Source of the DNA: Sphaeroforma arctica JP610
Lineage: Eukaryota
Assembly: GCF_001186125.1 (NCBI RefSeq)
Contig: NW_014040219.1
Coordinates: forward strand, 1 to 37,155
Length of the DNA stretch: 37,155 nucleotides
Reading direction: 5' to 3'
In this document: positions 1 through 12,123 of the stretch, piece by piece
How the letters are laid out: every line of letters begins with the position of its first letter
Numbering within the stretch: position 1 is the first letter of the stretch
Notes under the pieces: generated by a model
Database searches by the model: none
What the model saw: the letters and a program-made list of their open reading frames with translations, nothing else
What the model was told of the DNA's origin: nothing
Position numbers and translations under genes: made by a program

Positions 1-300
1 CAACGTACTACTACAACCAAACGACGTACTACTACAACCAAACAACATACTACTACAACATACTACTACAACCAAACAACATACTACTACAACCAAACAA
101 CATACTACTACAACCAAACAACGTACTACTACAACCGAACAACATACTGCTACAACCAAACAACATACTACTACAACTAAACAACATACTACTACAAACA
201 AACAACATACTACTATAACCAAACAACATACTACTACAACCAAACAATGTACTACTACAACCAAACAACGTACTACTACAACCAACCAACATACAACATA
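1..300. repeat. 21-bp minisatellite (caacatactactacaaccaaa)n
   Basis: About 14 near-identical tandem 21-nt units. They explain the spurious (CSSMLFG)n ORF at 53..322. Confidence 0.95.
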
Positions 301-928
301 CTGCAACAACCAACCAACGCACAATAAGAATGAAACAGATTCGATCCCCATACCACCCATCCTTAGCGGTATTTGTGTCTTATGTATCTAAGTGCGCATA
401 TGTACGCTGGTAAAGAAGACTTAAAGAAGACTTCGATCATACAGTTCTTCAATGCTCTAGCATGGATATCGAATACACCATATTGTCGGATGTCCAATAC
501 ACCATATTGTCGGAACCACGGAAAAACGTGTGTGGGAGTATGTGAAGTGTACCGATAGATTGATACAATCATGCCCTTGCCCGTCACCCTTGCAGCAGCA
601 CTGCCACTTATCCATGTATCTAGTCTGTAGGTATTTACACTCATACATCGCCTTTCAAAGCAGATAGTTAGACGCACTAGGGATGTATACTGTAGTCTAC
701 TATATCCACCCAGGCGTACATATAAGCTAATCCTTTGATATTGCAGCATATATTAATGCCTGCTGCCTTGCCATGGAAGGTTCCATAAACTATCCCCAAT
801 TGTGCTTACCAGAAACTGCATACTTCGTTCCCGGTACTGAATGTATTGCGTAGCGCAATAATACACCCGTCAGTCTCATTCGCTGGCCTCGTTGCTCATG
901 AATCCCTCCCTATCTTATCTACACTCAG

Positions 929-3467
929 GGTGGCGGTGGTGACGCCGACTTTGCAGGTGAAGAATTAAAAGGTGTGGTCTGTGTTCGAGTGGTATGCGAT
1001 AACCGCTCCTTTTGCGGTTACAAGTCATTGCTCTCCTTTGAGATTACAAGTCGTTGCTCTCTTTTGCGGTTACAGTCATTGCCCTTCCACGAGGTGCTGC
1101 TAAGCATTCACTTGGGGCCGCGGCTGCATGTTTCGTATTCAACCGCAATGTGCCAGTTTTCTTTTGTTTGGTTTGGTTTGGTTTTTAGAAATGCTTGTCT
1201 ATCCTATCTGGGTCAGCGGAAAGAGTGGTCTGATATACTGCAGCCCTAATGTTCGATGAGTCTGTCTGGTAGTTGAATATATGTAGGTGTATTTGTACGT
1301 TGGCTTGTTCTCGATCGTACAGATAATCGTAATAGTGAGAAATATATTCGTTGGCTGTTGTGGCAAGAGAATACCGTTGCGTAGCTGACTTCATAGGGCT
1401 GCCTGTACCTCATAGGCTAGAAGGTGCTCTCCTTCATGTGTGCGTGTGGGCTGACTTGCACAATCGAACACTCAATACTCACTATACTAACTATTTTTTA
1501 CTATATACTCATTTATGTATATGTATTTATATATATCGTTTGCATACACGCGCACCCTCCTGCTTCCTGCCGAGACTTCGCCGACGCGCAAGCTAGATTC
1601 GAACGACAATCTCCCGTGGCAGCAAACTTCTCTGAAGCAAATGCTAATTTTCTTGACCACGCATACGCATACATAAGTTATGTTCGGTCACATATACACA
1701 TGCACGCACTCACTTTTATCTGTGTGTACTATATATGTATGCAGCATATGCACTCACTCACCCTATTCTGCATACATCACGCGTACGCCTTGTTACCTAC
1801 AACAGCCGATAACGACGATTTCGGTGGTAGCAACGATTTCGCGGGAGGAGATGACTTCCCAGGAGGTGACAATGAATTCGGTGCGCCACAGGGACAGTCC
1901 AGTGACAACGACTTCTTCCAACAGGACAGTTCGGAACAAACCAATGACTTTGGAGACAACGACGGGGGCTTTGGGGACGGGTTCGGTGATGATATGGGAG
2001 GTGATATGCCACCCCCTCCGCCCGAGAATGTCGATCCCTACGGCGCATTGGCTGAGGTTGACAATACAATGGATAGCGATAGCACGGCCCTTAGGTAGGC
2101 AGGCAGGCATACAGCGGGGTATACTGTACCATATATGTACCTAGTGTGTGTTGCACTTGACCTGTAACTGGTGTATGTGCCTAGTGTGTGTTGTACTTGA
2201 CCTGTATCTAGTGTATGTACCCAGTGTGGCTTGTGTTATTTATGTACTTGCTGTATGCTATGCTGTACATGCTACGTCGAAGCATAGCCTGTGTGTTATT
2301 ACCGTTGCATGAGTGGCATCGCAGCTGTATGGGTATGTGTGTCTAGGCGTGTTTGACGTGACGCCATGATTCTCACTGTGCGAGGTTGTGTGAGCACCAC
2401 TCCCAGGTATTCTTATAACTAAGTACAGCCATGCAGAGTGATGCCTGTAGCCTGCGTGTACGGTACTACTACCTTAGTTCCGGTAAATAGAACCCCATTC
2501 CGTATACCGCGCGTTGATTCTAATCCCATGGTTAAAAGTGTGATGGATTATCTCAGCTTCATTAAGGTTGTCGTTAGAAGCTCACTTGACCAGATGGAGT
2601 GGTCTGTCTAATGCGAACTGGGAACATGAACGAATCTCGCGTTCGTTTTAATGTGGCTGTGTAGTAGCAACTATATAAGAGCTGGTACCAATACACTAGA
2701 ATCACTTCCTCTTCTAACCACGCACAGCCCTCTGGATGGGTACATGTGTTCGTATGTGAACTAAATGTGACGCGCTGCTTTGCTGGCTATGTAGGGAATG
2801 GCGCGCGGCCAGAGACGAATGCTTGGCTGAAGTAGACGCCAAATCAGCTGAGAAGGAGGAGGAAATGAGCAACAAGGCGAAAGAAGACCTCGAGGCATTC
2901 TACAACAACTACGATGAACAGAAGAGCAAGTCTGCAGCGACAAACCGGTATGAGTTTGTATGGAATCACTTGGTATGGTTGTGTGTATGTATGTATAAAA
3001 ATAACTTTTGAGTGTTTTAGAATAATCAATTACCTGTTCTAGCGTGTGTTATGATCATCATCATTTCTTTTACTATTGTAGTGAATCTCTTATGCACAGA
3101 GAACGTGCTTATGTGTGTGTGTGTATGTAACTATGTATTACATATGCTTGTGTGTTTGAGGATATTATATCTATATCTATCTATTTAAATATATATATAT
3201 ATTGCGTGTGAATACGTTTGCGAATAATCACTCGCTTTTATATGTGCAAGTTCTGTCGTCATCTAATCAATATTCTCACTCCATGGACATAACAGGGAGG
3301 CCGAAAACGACTTCTTGCAGGCGCGTGATTCCAAACCCACGGATAAGGACTGGGAGACAGTGTGTGAACTAGTTGACTTCAACCCCAAGACACAGAGATC
3401 TGCCAAAGATACTGGACGTATGCGCCAGATTCTACTGCAGCTGAAGCAGACTCCACTAGTACGATGA
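929..3467 (+). CDS. CLTA: Clathrin light chain, multi-exon; start codon not located
   Basis: GT-AG exons with consistent phase: 929-956, 1806-2094, 2795-2947, 3296-3467. The product has a D/G/F-rich acidic N-terminus, the ALREWRAARDECLAEVD...AKEDLEAFY heavy-chain-binding helix, and a C-terminus WETVCELVDFNPKTQRSAKDTGRMRQILLQLKQTPLVR* that closely resembles animal CLTA/CLTB. Confidence 0.93.
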
Positions 3468-4262
3468 ATACTCTATAGTGATATGTACTGTAGCGCGTTA
3501 AGTCCATGGGTAGTGGGGGTACTTTTTCAGGAAAATGCTGTGCTGTACTAAAACGTTATAGACACACCTGAATATGGCACACACTTCGTAAGCTGCTTGT
3601 AACTGGGCGCTGAGTGTCGATTTGGGCATCCCACATGCGTGCTCCGAAATATTATAAAACAAGATCCACACCGTGAGCGGCTGAGATATACCTCTTGAAT
3701 TTGGTTTTGGTTTGGTTTTGAATTTCTTTACTTTTGAATTTCCTTTTGTCTTGTGTTTTAATTAGAGGTTATACTCCTCTTAAGATCTTCATGTAATTAT
3801 ACATTTAAAATACATTGCCTCCTTGATTGGACCCCTTGTCTTTAAGCAGATAGTCATCTACATTGCATCCTTTAAATATCAGAAGTTCTACATGGCATCC
3901 TTTAAATATCAGAATCCTTTAAATATCAGAAGTTCAATCCCTCTGTCTTTTTAGGCGGCTATTTATATTTTATGATAAGTATATGATGTATTTTATAACC
4001 CATATAGTTCTGAAGGGGCCTCTGGACAACATTTTTACTGCATACCTCTCTGTGATTGATTGTGTAAATAAATAAACACAGTGTATTGTAGTAAAACGAT
4101 GGATCCGGGCCCTACCTAAACTACAAGAAGAGTCAGCCCGGACTTAACGGCCCAACTGCCGGAGCCAAAGGGCAACGGTACCTTCTAGGACTCGATGTCT
4201 CTGAGCTGAAAGGAACACATTTTCTGGTGTTCACGGGGAAGATTAATTTATCTTGCCGACAC

Positions 4263-4413
4263 CTATGTTGACTACAACTAAAGTATAACTATGTTGACTA
4301 CAGCGAAAGTATAACTATGTTGACTACAGCAAGTATAAGCATGTTGACTACAGCGAAAGTATAACTATGTTGACTACAGCAAGTATAAGCATGTTGACTA
4401 CAGCGAACATATA
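4263..4413. repeat. 24-26 bp minisatellite (atgttgactacagc..aagtataa)
   Basis: Six tandem units in the intergenic region. Confidence 0.9.
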
Positions 4414-5060
4414 AGGGCTCACTGTTGGGGCGTGGTTCTCCTCAGTTCAGGTACTTCAAAGTTCATCCCCTTTAAACAAATACGTCTGCACGAAGTAACA
4501 TCATAAACGATTAGTTGTCCTGAAATACCTGTCGTGTGTCATCTGCCCTGGACCAGCTATTTACTACCATGTATATACAGTATTTTTTTTCTTGAAAGTA
4601 TATAGTTAAAATATTTAAAAATGGGGATGTGAAAACCCCCTAAACCCTACAGATGAGTCATCGAAGCCCGCCGATTTCTTATACTTTGATATTCGAAAGT
4701 TTCGAATATTTTCAGCAAAGAAGGCTATATGGCATAGCCTCCTATGTACACTAGATTTGTCTCTTTTTATGCACTGCTACAAAGACATTTTGAAGTGAAC
4801 ATCCATCACCACAGATATTTATTGGATATATTGTATCTGTTGAAGATGGAGATATTACATACGATGCAGATAAGCGGAGAGCGTGCATAGAGGCCATGAC
4901 ACAAAGGAATTGAGTACCCGGTAACGAATCTGTTTAACTTGCCAAGTGGCCATTCAAGATTGGTTGCTATTGACAATGAATCACAGTTAGACCACATATT
5001 ACTTGGACAACAATAGTGTGTGCAGATGAGCACATCTCCACTGGCTGTTTCCATTTGACG

Positions 5061-8000
5061 ATGGCTGACGAAAGTGGCCGTGTACGGTCAGTAGCTACAG
5101 ATACAAAGGATGACATCGAGAATCCCTTGCAGGAAGGCAGTACCCGCTACCTTGGATTTCTGGGTAGAGTTGGTAGGTATGCACAGTCTTTGGTAGGTAG
5201 AGTTGGTAGGTATGCACAGTCTTTGGTAGGTAGAGTTGGTAGGCATGCACAGTCTTTGGTGGGACTCTGGGTAGAGTTGGTAGGTATGCACAATCTTTGG
5301 TAGGACGTTATTCGATGTTCCGTGAATTGCCAATTCATCGATGTGGAGATACTGTATATAAATTATGAATGTTTGGGAATATTATACTGTAGTCAAGACT
5401 TTTTCCCGGCTTTGCTATAATGTTTTTGTTGTTGATATGAAGGAGCTAGTTCTCATGCGCACATGCATCAGTTTCTACTTTATAGTCTGTGCTGAGGCCA
5501 GCATATTGAGATGTACATGTGATATGTTTGGTTCGATTGTCTACCATGTTATTCGAGACACATTCTATTATATCTCGGACAGCTACTGAAGTGTCACCTG
5601 TCAACTTACATTGTGCTCTATGGCGAAATTACCTAGTTCATACATATAGACGCCTAGCGCGACAAAGGCTATTTCTAATATATACAAAAGTAGACCATGC
5701 ACCATAGTTAACAGACAAGTATTAAAAAATAAATTCTCAGAAGCAGTTGAAAGAAGTATGACGGGATGGCTGTCCCATTGCAACGGCGTATATATGTATT
5801 CAGCGTCACTGTTATGGGCAAGTGCCAGGCGGTTGTTATCGTGTAGTGAGATAGACTCGGCTACACACGTTGCAAGTTAATTCTATACTTCCGTAGTTAG
5901 TGTCATATTCTCCCGTCTGGTGATGTTTACATATACGCTGTACTTGTTAGTACAGCTGTGATTCTGATCCTTTTGTGCATTGTGAGTGCAGGACACTTGC
6001 TTTAATCTGGTGTGCAAGTGTAGTACACGATGCTTGAGATGGATGTGAACGGTATGAGTGTGTGTGTATCGTGACACGCTGAGTGGTTTATGTCATTCAT
6101 GCTGGGACTTGTGAACGCAATTTAAATCCCACACCTCACTCGTGGCTTATAACTCCTTGTTCATCGATTTGCATTTGTGTTTTGGGTGGTGGTTGTGATC
6201 CGATATCGATGTGTTGTGGTTTAGACAGGAATAGAAATTGTAGGAATTTAGGTTCTGCCGATTGTCAACGGTTGAACCGATAGGACTACCAGCCCTTATT
6301 TCTTTTGCGCGCGTTATGGATTATACCAAGTATCTGCGAGATATAAATACATAAAATGTTGCGCTCAGTGTGCGGCACATATCTTTCTGTCTATTTCGTA
6401 CTGCTCGTGACTTAGTTGCGCATATAGTGCGTGCAGGATCTTTTATTGTCTAAAATTATAAGTGCCGAAATTTAGTAATTGCTCTGCGCAGGTAGTAGTA
6501 TGTTGTTCACTGACCGGTAGTTTTGTTTGGCGTCTATGTACCATTGCTATGCTAGCATGTGTTTAGTAAGGTTACGTATATGTTATTCGTGAGCAACAGT
6601 AGTAATGGGTGTGCATTAGTGTAGCATATGATAGACTGTTTACAAGTATGTTTTTCACTGACCGGTAGTTTTGTTTGGAGACTATGTAACATTGCTATGC
6701 TAGCATGTGTTTAGTAAGGTTATGTATATGTTATTCGTGAGCAACAGTAGTAATGGGTGTGCGTTAGTGTAGCATATGTTACACTGTTCGCATGTATGTT
6801 TTTCACTGACCGGTAGTTTTGTTTGGAGACTATGTAACATTGCTATGCTAGCATGTGTTTAGTAAGGTTACGTATATGTTATTCGTGAGCAACAGTAGTA
6901 ATGTGTGTGCGTTAGTGTAGCATATGTTACACTGTTTCCATCATGATAACTGTGGAAGAGGTACCCATACAATGAATAACTCTGCATGTATTATAACAAT
7001 AGATCTCAAAGCCAGGCCGACGCACTTATAATGCCATGAGAGTACGTTCATATAAACACATTGTAATCAGTTGCACACCCATATATCCCTGTCAATTGAT
7101 AGTGGGCAAATACACCGATATTGAAATTGATTCAACTATTAACGAGATTATTGAGTTAATTCGATTGTCAGTGATAGTCTGAGTGGATATAGCTGTGATA
7201 GTAATAATAGAGTTAATTCGATTGTTAGTAACAGTCCGAGTGTATGTAGTTGTGTAATTGTAATTAAATTAATTCGATTGTCAGTAATAGTCAGAGTGGA
7301 TATAGTTGTGTAATCGTAGTTAAATTAATTCGATTGTTAGTAGTAGTCAGAGTGGACATAGTTGTGTATTTGTAATTAAATTAGTTCGATTGTTAGCAAT
7401 AGTCAGAGTGAATATAGTTGTATAATCGTAGTTAAATTGATTCGATTATTAGCAATAGTCAAGAGTGAATACAGTTGTATAATCGTAGTTAAATTGATTC
7501 GATTATTAGCAATAGTCAGAGTGGATATAGTTGTGTGATGATAAGCTCAGGTGTATCTAACTTTCTCGAGCAAACTAGTAGATATATTCAAGAAAAAAAT
7601 AGGGTTCTAGCGATGACCCATATGATATGTGGGGTCGAGAAAACTGGAGTTCTAGCGATAGCCAATATGAAATGTGGGTTTGAGAACAATAGTATTCTAG
7701 CATCGGGATACTTCGATTGTCTGAGAGTAGTTGTTTTTTATACTCCCTGGAATGAAGAGAAGAGAAGACCTTGTGATCAGACAATACGGCTTTTGTGCAG
7801 TATTTTATAAATTCCTCTCAGCATGCGTGTGTGGGCGATTGTCGTATATCAATCATGAGCAATTTTTAAGTAGTGTATTGTCTCGGCGTTGTTTGTGTTG
7901 TAGATGTCCGACCCAAGTCCAAGCTGTAACAATATCGGCAAAATATATGGGATATACACAAATCAATCAAAACTAAATATCGATGATACCGTATTCCCGT

Positions 8001-10304
8001 TCTTCTATGTCTCTTATTTGGCACTGTTTGAACGATACAGAATTTCATTGATGCTCACCACTAGTCTCCACCACTGATGCTGCAACACACAGGACTCTGC
8101 GACCATTTGCCAAACCGGCAGCACAGTCTGCAAAGGTGAGCGCAGGTGTTGCGAAATCGGTCAAATACGGGACGAAAATAACTCAAAATGCTAATATTGG
8201 AACTAAGGTGGTGAACACGGCTGCGACAGGTGCAAAGGTCGCGCAGACCGCCAAGATTGGTGCAGTTGCAGCCAAAACAGCCAGAACGGGGAAGCTGGTT
8301 CAAACTGCCGCAAGGTAAGCCTTTTTGCCTGAATTAAAAAGTTTAGATTTTACACCATAACTGGTTGTTGTGTATGTGTGAAGCTTACCTGAATTAGAAG
8401 GTTTGGGTTTTACACCATAACTGGTTATTGTATATATGTGAAGGACACAAAATCTACCTGCTAGATCCCCTGATGTGGTGTCAGACTGTGCTTCTGTGTA
8501 TGTATACCAAATGAATGGTGGCATACAGTGGTTTACGCCTCTGGGGATGTCGGTCCCTTTCTATTTGCGTAATAGGATGTGTGTGATACTATTTGCATGC
8601 CCGTATGGGCCATTCGAGTTGGATCCGTATATTCTCATATTCTCTACCTCCATAGGGCTGCGCAGAATGCCAGATCAGGTGCAAAGCTTGCTAAAACCGC
8701 AAAAAATGTCGCACCAATCGCCAGATCTGGTGGGAAGACCATGAAGGTATAAATGGCTCGCGTGGTACAAACACCCTGCCAGACCACTCGTGTATATTGC
8801 GAAATACGTGTATGGCCGGATGTGTTATCGATACAAATTTCAATAGAATTCCTTCTTAGGTACGGATTAAATGCATACGCCCTACATTGCCTTGACTCTT
8901 CCCATGCTTTAGGCCGTCAATTCACTGACATCCACCGCCAAGCTGACGAAAGGTGCGAAGAGTTTGGCCATGAGCGGAGATGTGGGCACAGCAATCAAGC
9001 CGGTGGTGTCCCCCTTTATCGTTAAGGTACACGGAGTCTCAATCAGCATCTTTTGAGCAAGTTTGTATTCTTTTTTTGCCGTTGCGCATGAAGCGTGACC
9101 TGTATACGTATTGGTAAAGCTATTTGTTGCTGTTTGTTTGTAGTGAGTACGAATATAGGAGTCTGAAATGTACTACTATTATTCTAAGTAAAAACTTATC
9201 CATTATAACCCTGAACTGAGTGTGGGAGCGATTTAGTGTGACACGAGTGCATATTGAGGGCATAAAAGGAAACAAAGGCTCCAAAAAATGTAATTTACCT
9301 GGAAAGTCACAGGTTTAGCGTCCCTTTTTTTTGCCTTGTACTGAATAGCTGAAATGCGTTCTGTTTTATCGATCGCTGACAACATGCAAGCACAATCATA
9401 TTCAGGTCAATTACTTCTCGCTGAACAGGCACTCTATGGGGTGACCTACGCCTACGTGAGCATCGATGTGCTGTACTCGGGCTATGCGGTCCGGCAGGCG
9501 GGTGGTGAGGCTAGAGATGCGGCACGAGCCATGGCTCAGACAATGTGTTTTCAAGGGCTAGCCTCTTTTGCACTACCCGGGGTGATCGTTCACACACAAA
9601 GTGAGTATATATATGCTTCTGTATCGTGAGTGTATTCTATAGCATGTCACTTGGTGCCCAGCATATGGTGCCTAACGCGGATTTGTGCACCTCTTGCGTG
9701 TCTGTTGTATCTTGGTAGTCTGCGAGTATTGCCCGAATCGGATGTTATACGCAGCAAAAGCAAACACTGGCGGTGATGTCTGAAAGCAGTAAGCATGACG
9801 CGAACGCAAATACCGTATGTGGCCATACAGCCATTCGCACAGTTTGAATTTGAGCGATTCGTCGGGAATTGATTGCTGTGATTTCCATGCATTCAAATTT
9901 GGCGTTCATACCGTCCTTATTTGCGAGTGTGACTTGCACCATGGGGATCTTGTTAGCTGCTTATTTTTTTGTTTTTAATATTATTTGTACCAGTTTTCGA
10001 GTTGTTTGCTCTTGTCGAGTCTTTGCGAGGTATTTACGTTTTAACCCCAATTGGGCATGATATGATAATGTCATTCAATCTATTCTGTGCCTCATCCACA
10101 CTTGTTGACTTTCCAGTACACTTCGCTGAAAAGATGTTCGCTACGGTGAAGTCTCTCAAACCGTACCGCAAATATGGACCCACTGTCGCCGGATTGGCTT
10201 GCATACCACTCCTACCCACTCTCGTAGACACTCCGGCAGAGTATTTGGTCGCTACTGTGTTTGACGTAGTGTGGCCGTCCGCTTTTGCCGACAGCCAAGC
10301 GTAG
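5061..10304 (+). CDS. MTFP1: Mitochondrial fission process protein 1 (MTP18 family) homologue with an Ala/Lys/Thr-rich insertion
   Basis: Six phase-consistent GT-AG exons: 5061-5176, 8093-8314, 8656-8746, 8913-9026, 9429-9600, 10117-10304. Motifs STRYLGF, SGDVGTAIKPVVSPFIVKALYGVTYAYVSIDV, FQGLASFALPGVIVH and KYGPTVAGLACIPLLPTLVDTPAE match the MTP18 family as I recall it. Confidence 0.88.
5164..5303 (+). repeat. 33-bp tandem repeat spanning the exon 1 donor site of MTFP1
   Basis: Unit gtagagttggtaggtatgcacagtctttggtag occurs 3 times in tandem, followed by an 8-nt spacer and a fourth copy. Confidence 0.92.
6498..6938. repeat. 148-bp tandem repeat x3 (intronic)
   Basis: gtatgtt.ttcactgaccggtagttttgtttgg... 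recurs at 6498, 6646 and 6794. Confidence 0.92.
7153..7534. repeat. ~57-60 bp tandem repeat (intronic)
   Basis: ttaattcgattgt.ag.aatagtcagagtg.atatagttgt recurs about 7 times. Confidence 0.9.
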
Positions 10305-11157
10305 AAGATTAAAAAATGCTAACAATAAATTCGATGCTAAGCTATGATCAGTATATCAATATGATTTATTCTTCAAATAGTACTTATATTGAGACAGGTG
10401 ATTTCAGTTTCAATGCCATATGCTTCTCAAATAAACTCCCAGCATGCGAACATTGAGAGTGCTTACTATGAAAAAAATACCTTCTTTCTCTTGAATCAAT
10501 AGCTGGGCGTGAGACTTTTCGTGTATATTTATTCATTGTTAGCATTCACAGACTATCAAATATTCTTTTAGTACAATAGAGCTCTATTCTGCTCCAGTGC
10601 ACGCTCCTGCAGGAAGCGAATAAATTCATTCGGGTATCGCATGGCGCGGGAAATACGATGGATTGATTTTGTGTGTGTGTGTCGGTTGGATGCCCTGTGA
10701 GTGCGGTCACCGGAACATCTCGTCCACTTGACCCAAGACCGTTGTATCGCACTGTACCAATAGTCTCGTTCCCTTCGGCCCTGCACGCTGACTGACGCAG
10801 GTGATTAAACGCAGGTGATTAATGCTACTAGATGCGCAAGTTGCTCTACTATCATTTAGAATATCCAAAGATACGTGCTATAGAACTTCATTGTTATAAC
10901 TGTATCCATTTTCAGTGCGAACCCAGAAATTAAGACTTGAAATAAAAGTTGCCAATATCGGCATTTTGCTTTGTAAAGCTTGGTACAGATATCGTTGAAA
11001 TACACACAACCTCATGTGTATGTTGAATCGCACCGTGCACAAAGCAAGTGGTGTTTTCATAATCGATACAAATATACAGCTACAGAGTAGTAGGATTACA
11101 ACAAAAAACAAAAATATATTATACCGTACCATAACCATACATCATTGGAAAAATTAT

Positions 11158-11229
11158 GGCGGAATCCACGAATCGAACGTGGGGCCTGACCCACCCTAAG
11201 GGTCAATCATACCACTAGACCAATTCCGT
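11158..11229 (-). tRNA. tRNA-Pro(AGG), A1:C72 mismatch
   Basis: The reverse complement folds as a cloverleaf: acceptor ACGGAAT/ATTCCGC plus C73, D-arm GTCTAGTGGTATGAT, anticodon arm GACCC-TTAGGGT-GGGTC, T-arm CCACG-TTCGATT-CGTGG. A T5 tract follows a few nt downstream. Confidence 0.93.
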
Positions 11230-11547
11230 TTTCTAGTAAAGCTATAATACATAATTTTTAAATATGTTACCATATATTTCGATTTGTTATAAATAAACAG
11301 TCTAAAACTCGACCAAATTGAACGAATATGGTCTCCCTTGGCCTTTCTAGCTCGCTGCGGCTGTATTCTAATGTTCGGTTCAGTTCCTTATTAATTTTTT
11401 GTTCCACACATAAAGATCAGCTATTTGATCAACTTTTTTCACAAAGCATAAATTCACCTGGCATTTAATTGCCTGTAAAATGTGGCTGAGAGACCAATTG
11501 AACCATAGCATAAAAGGTATGATTCAAAGTGAGACCGTAGTGGAGAT

Positions 11548-12034
11548 NNNNNNNNNNNNNNNNNNNNNNNNNNNNNNNNNNNNNNNNNNNNNNNNNNNNN
11601 NNNNNNNNNNNNNNNNNNNNNNNNNNNNNNNNNNNNNNNNNNNNNNNNNNNNNNNNNNNNNNNNNNNNNNNNNNNNNNNNNNNNNNNNNNNNNNNNNNNN
11701 NNNNNNNNNNNNNNNNNNNNNNNNNNNNNNNNNNNNNNNNNNNNNNNNNNNNNNNNNNNNNNNNNNNNNNNNNNNNNNNNNNNNNNNNNNNNNNNNNNNN
11801 NNNNNNNNNNNNNNNNNNNNNNNNNNNNNNNNNNNNNNNNNNNNNNNNNNNNNNNNNNNNNNNNNNNNNNNNNNNNNNNNNNNNNNNNNNNNNNNNNNNN
11901 NNNNNNNNNNNNNNNNNNNNNNNNNNNNNNNNNNNNNNNNNNNNNNNNNNNNNNNNNNNNNNNNNNNNNNNNNNNNNNNNNNNNNNNNNNNNNNNNNNNN
12001 NNNNNNNNNNNNNNNNNNNNNNNNNNNNNNNNNN
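11548..12034. other. Assembly gap (487 N)
   Basis: Run of N; all ORFs crossing it are artefacts. Confidence 0.99.
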
Positions 12035-12123
12035 GCTGGCTGCATATATAAGCCAGTCGCACAATGCGAATACAAGCATAGACGCTCAGTCTATTCCGAG
12101 GCCGTACGTTTGCCGATTTAGCT

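Noticed and set aside
53..322. (CSSMLFG)n ORF; also considered as a CRISPR-like array
   Set aside because: It is the translation of a 21-bp minisatellite with no unique spacers.
10568..10786. GC-richer segment, considered as a small ORF or ncRNA
   Set aside because: No recognisable motif, splice context or RNA family signature.
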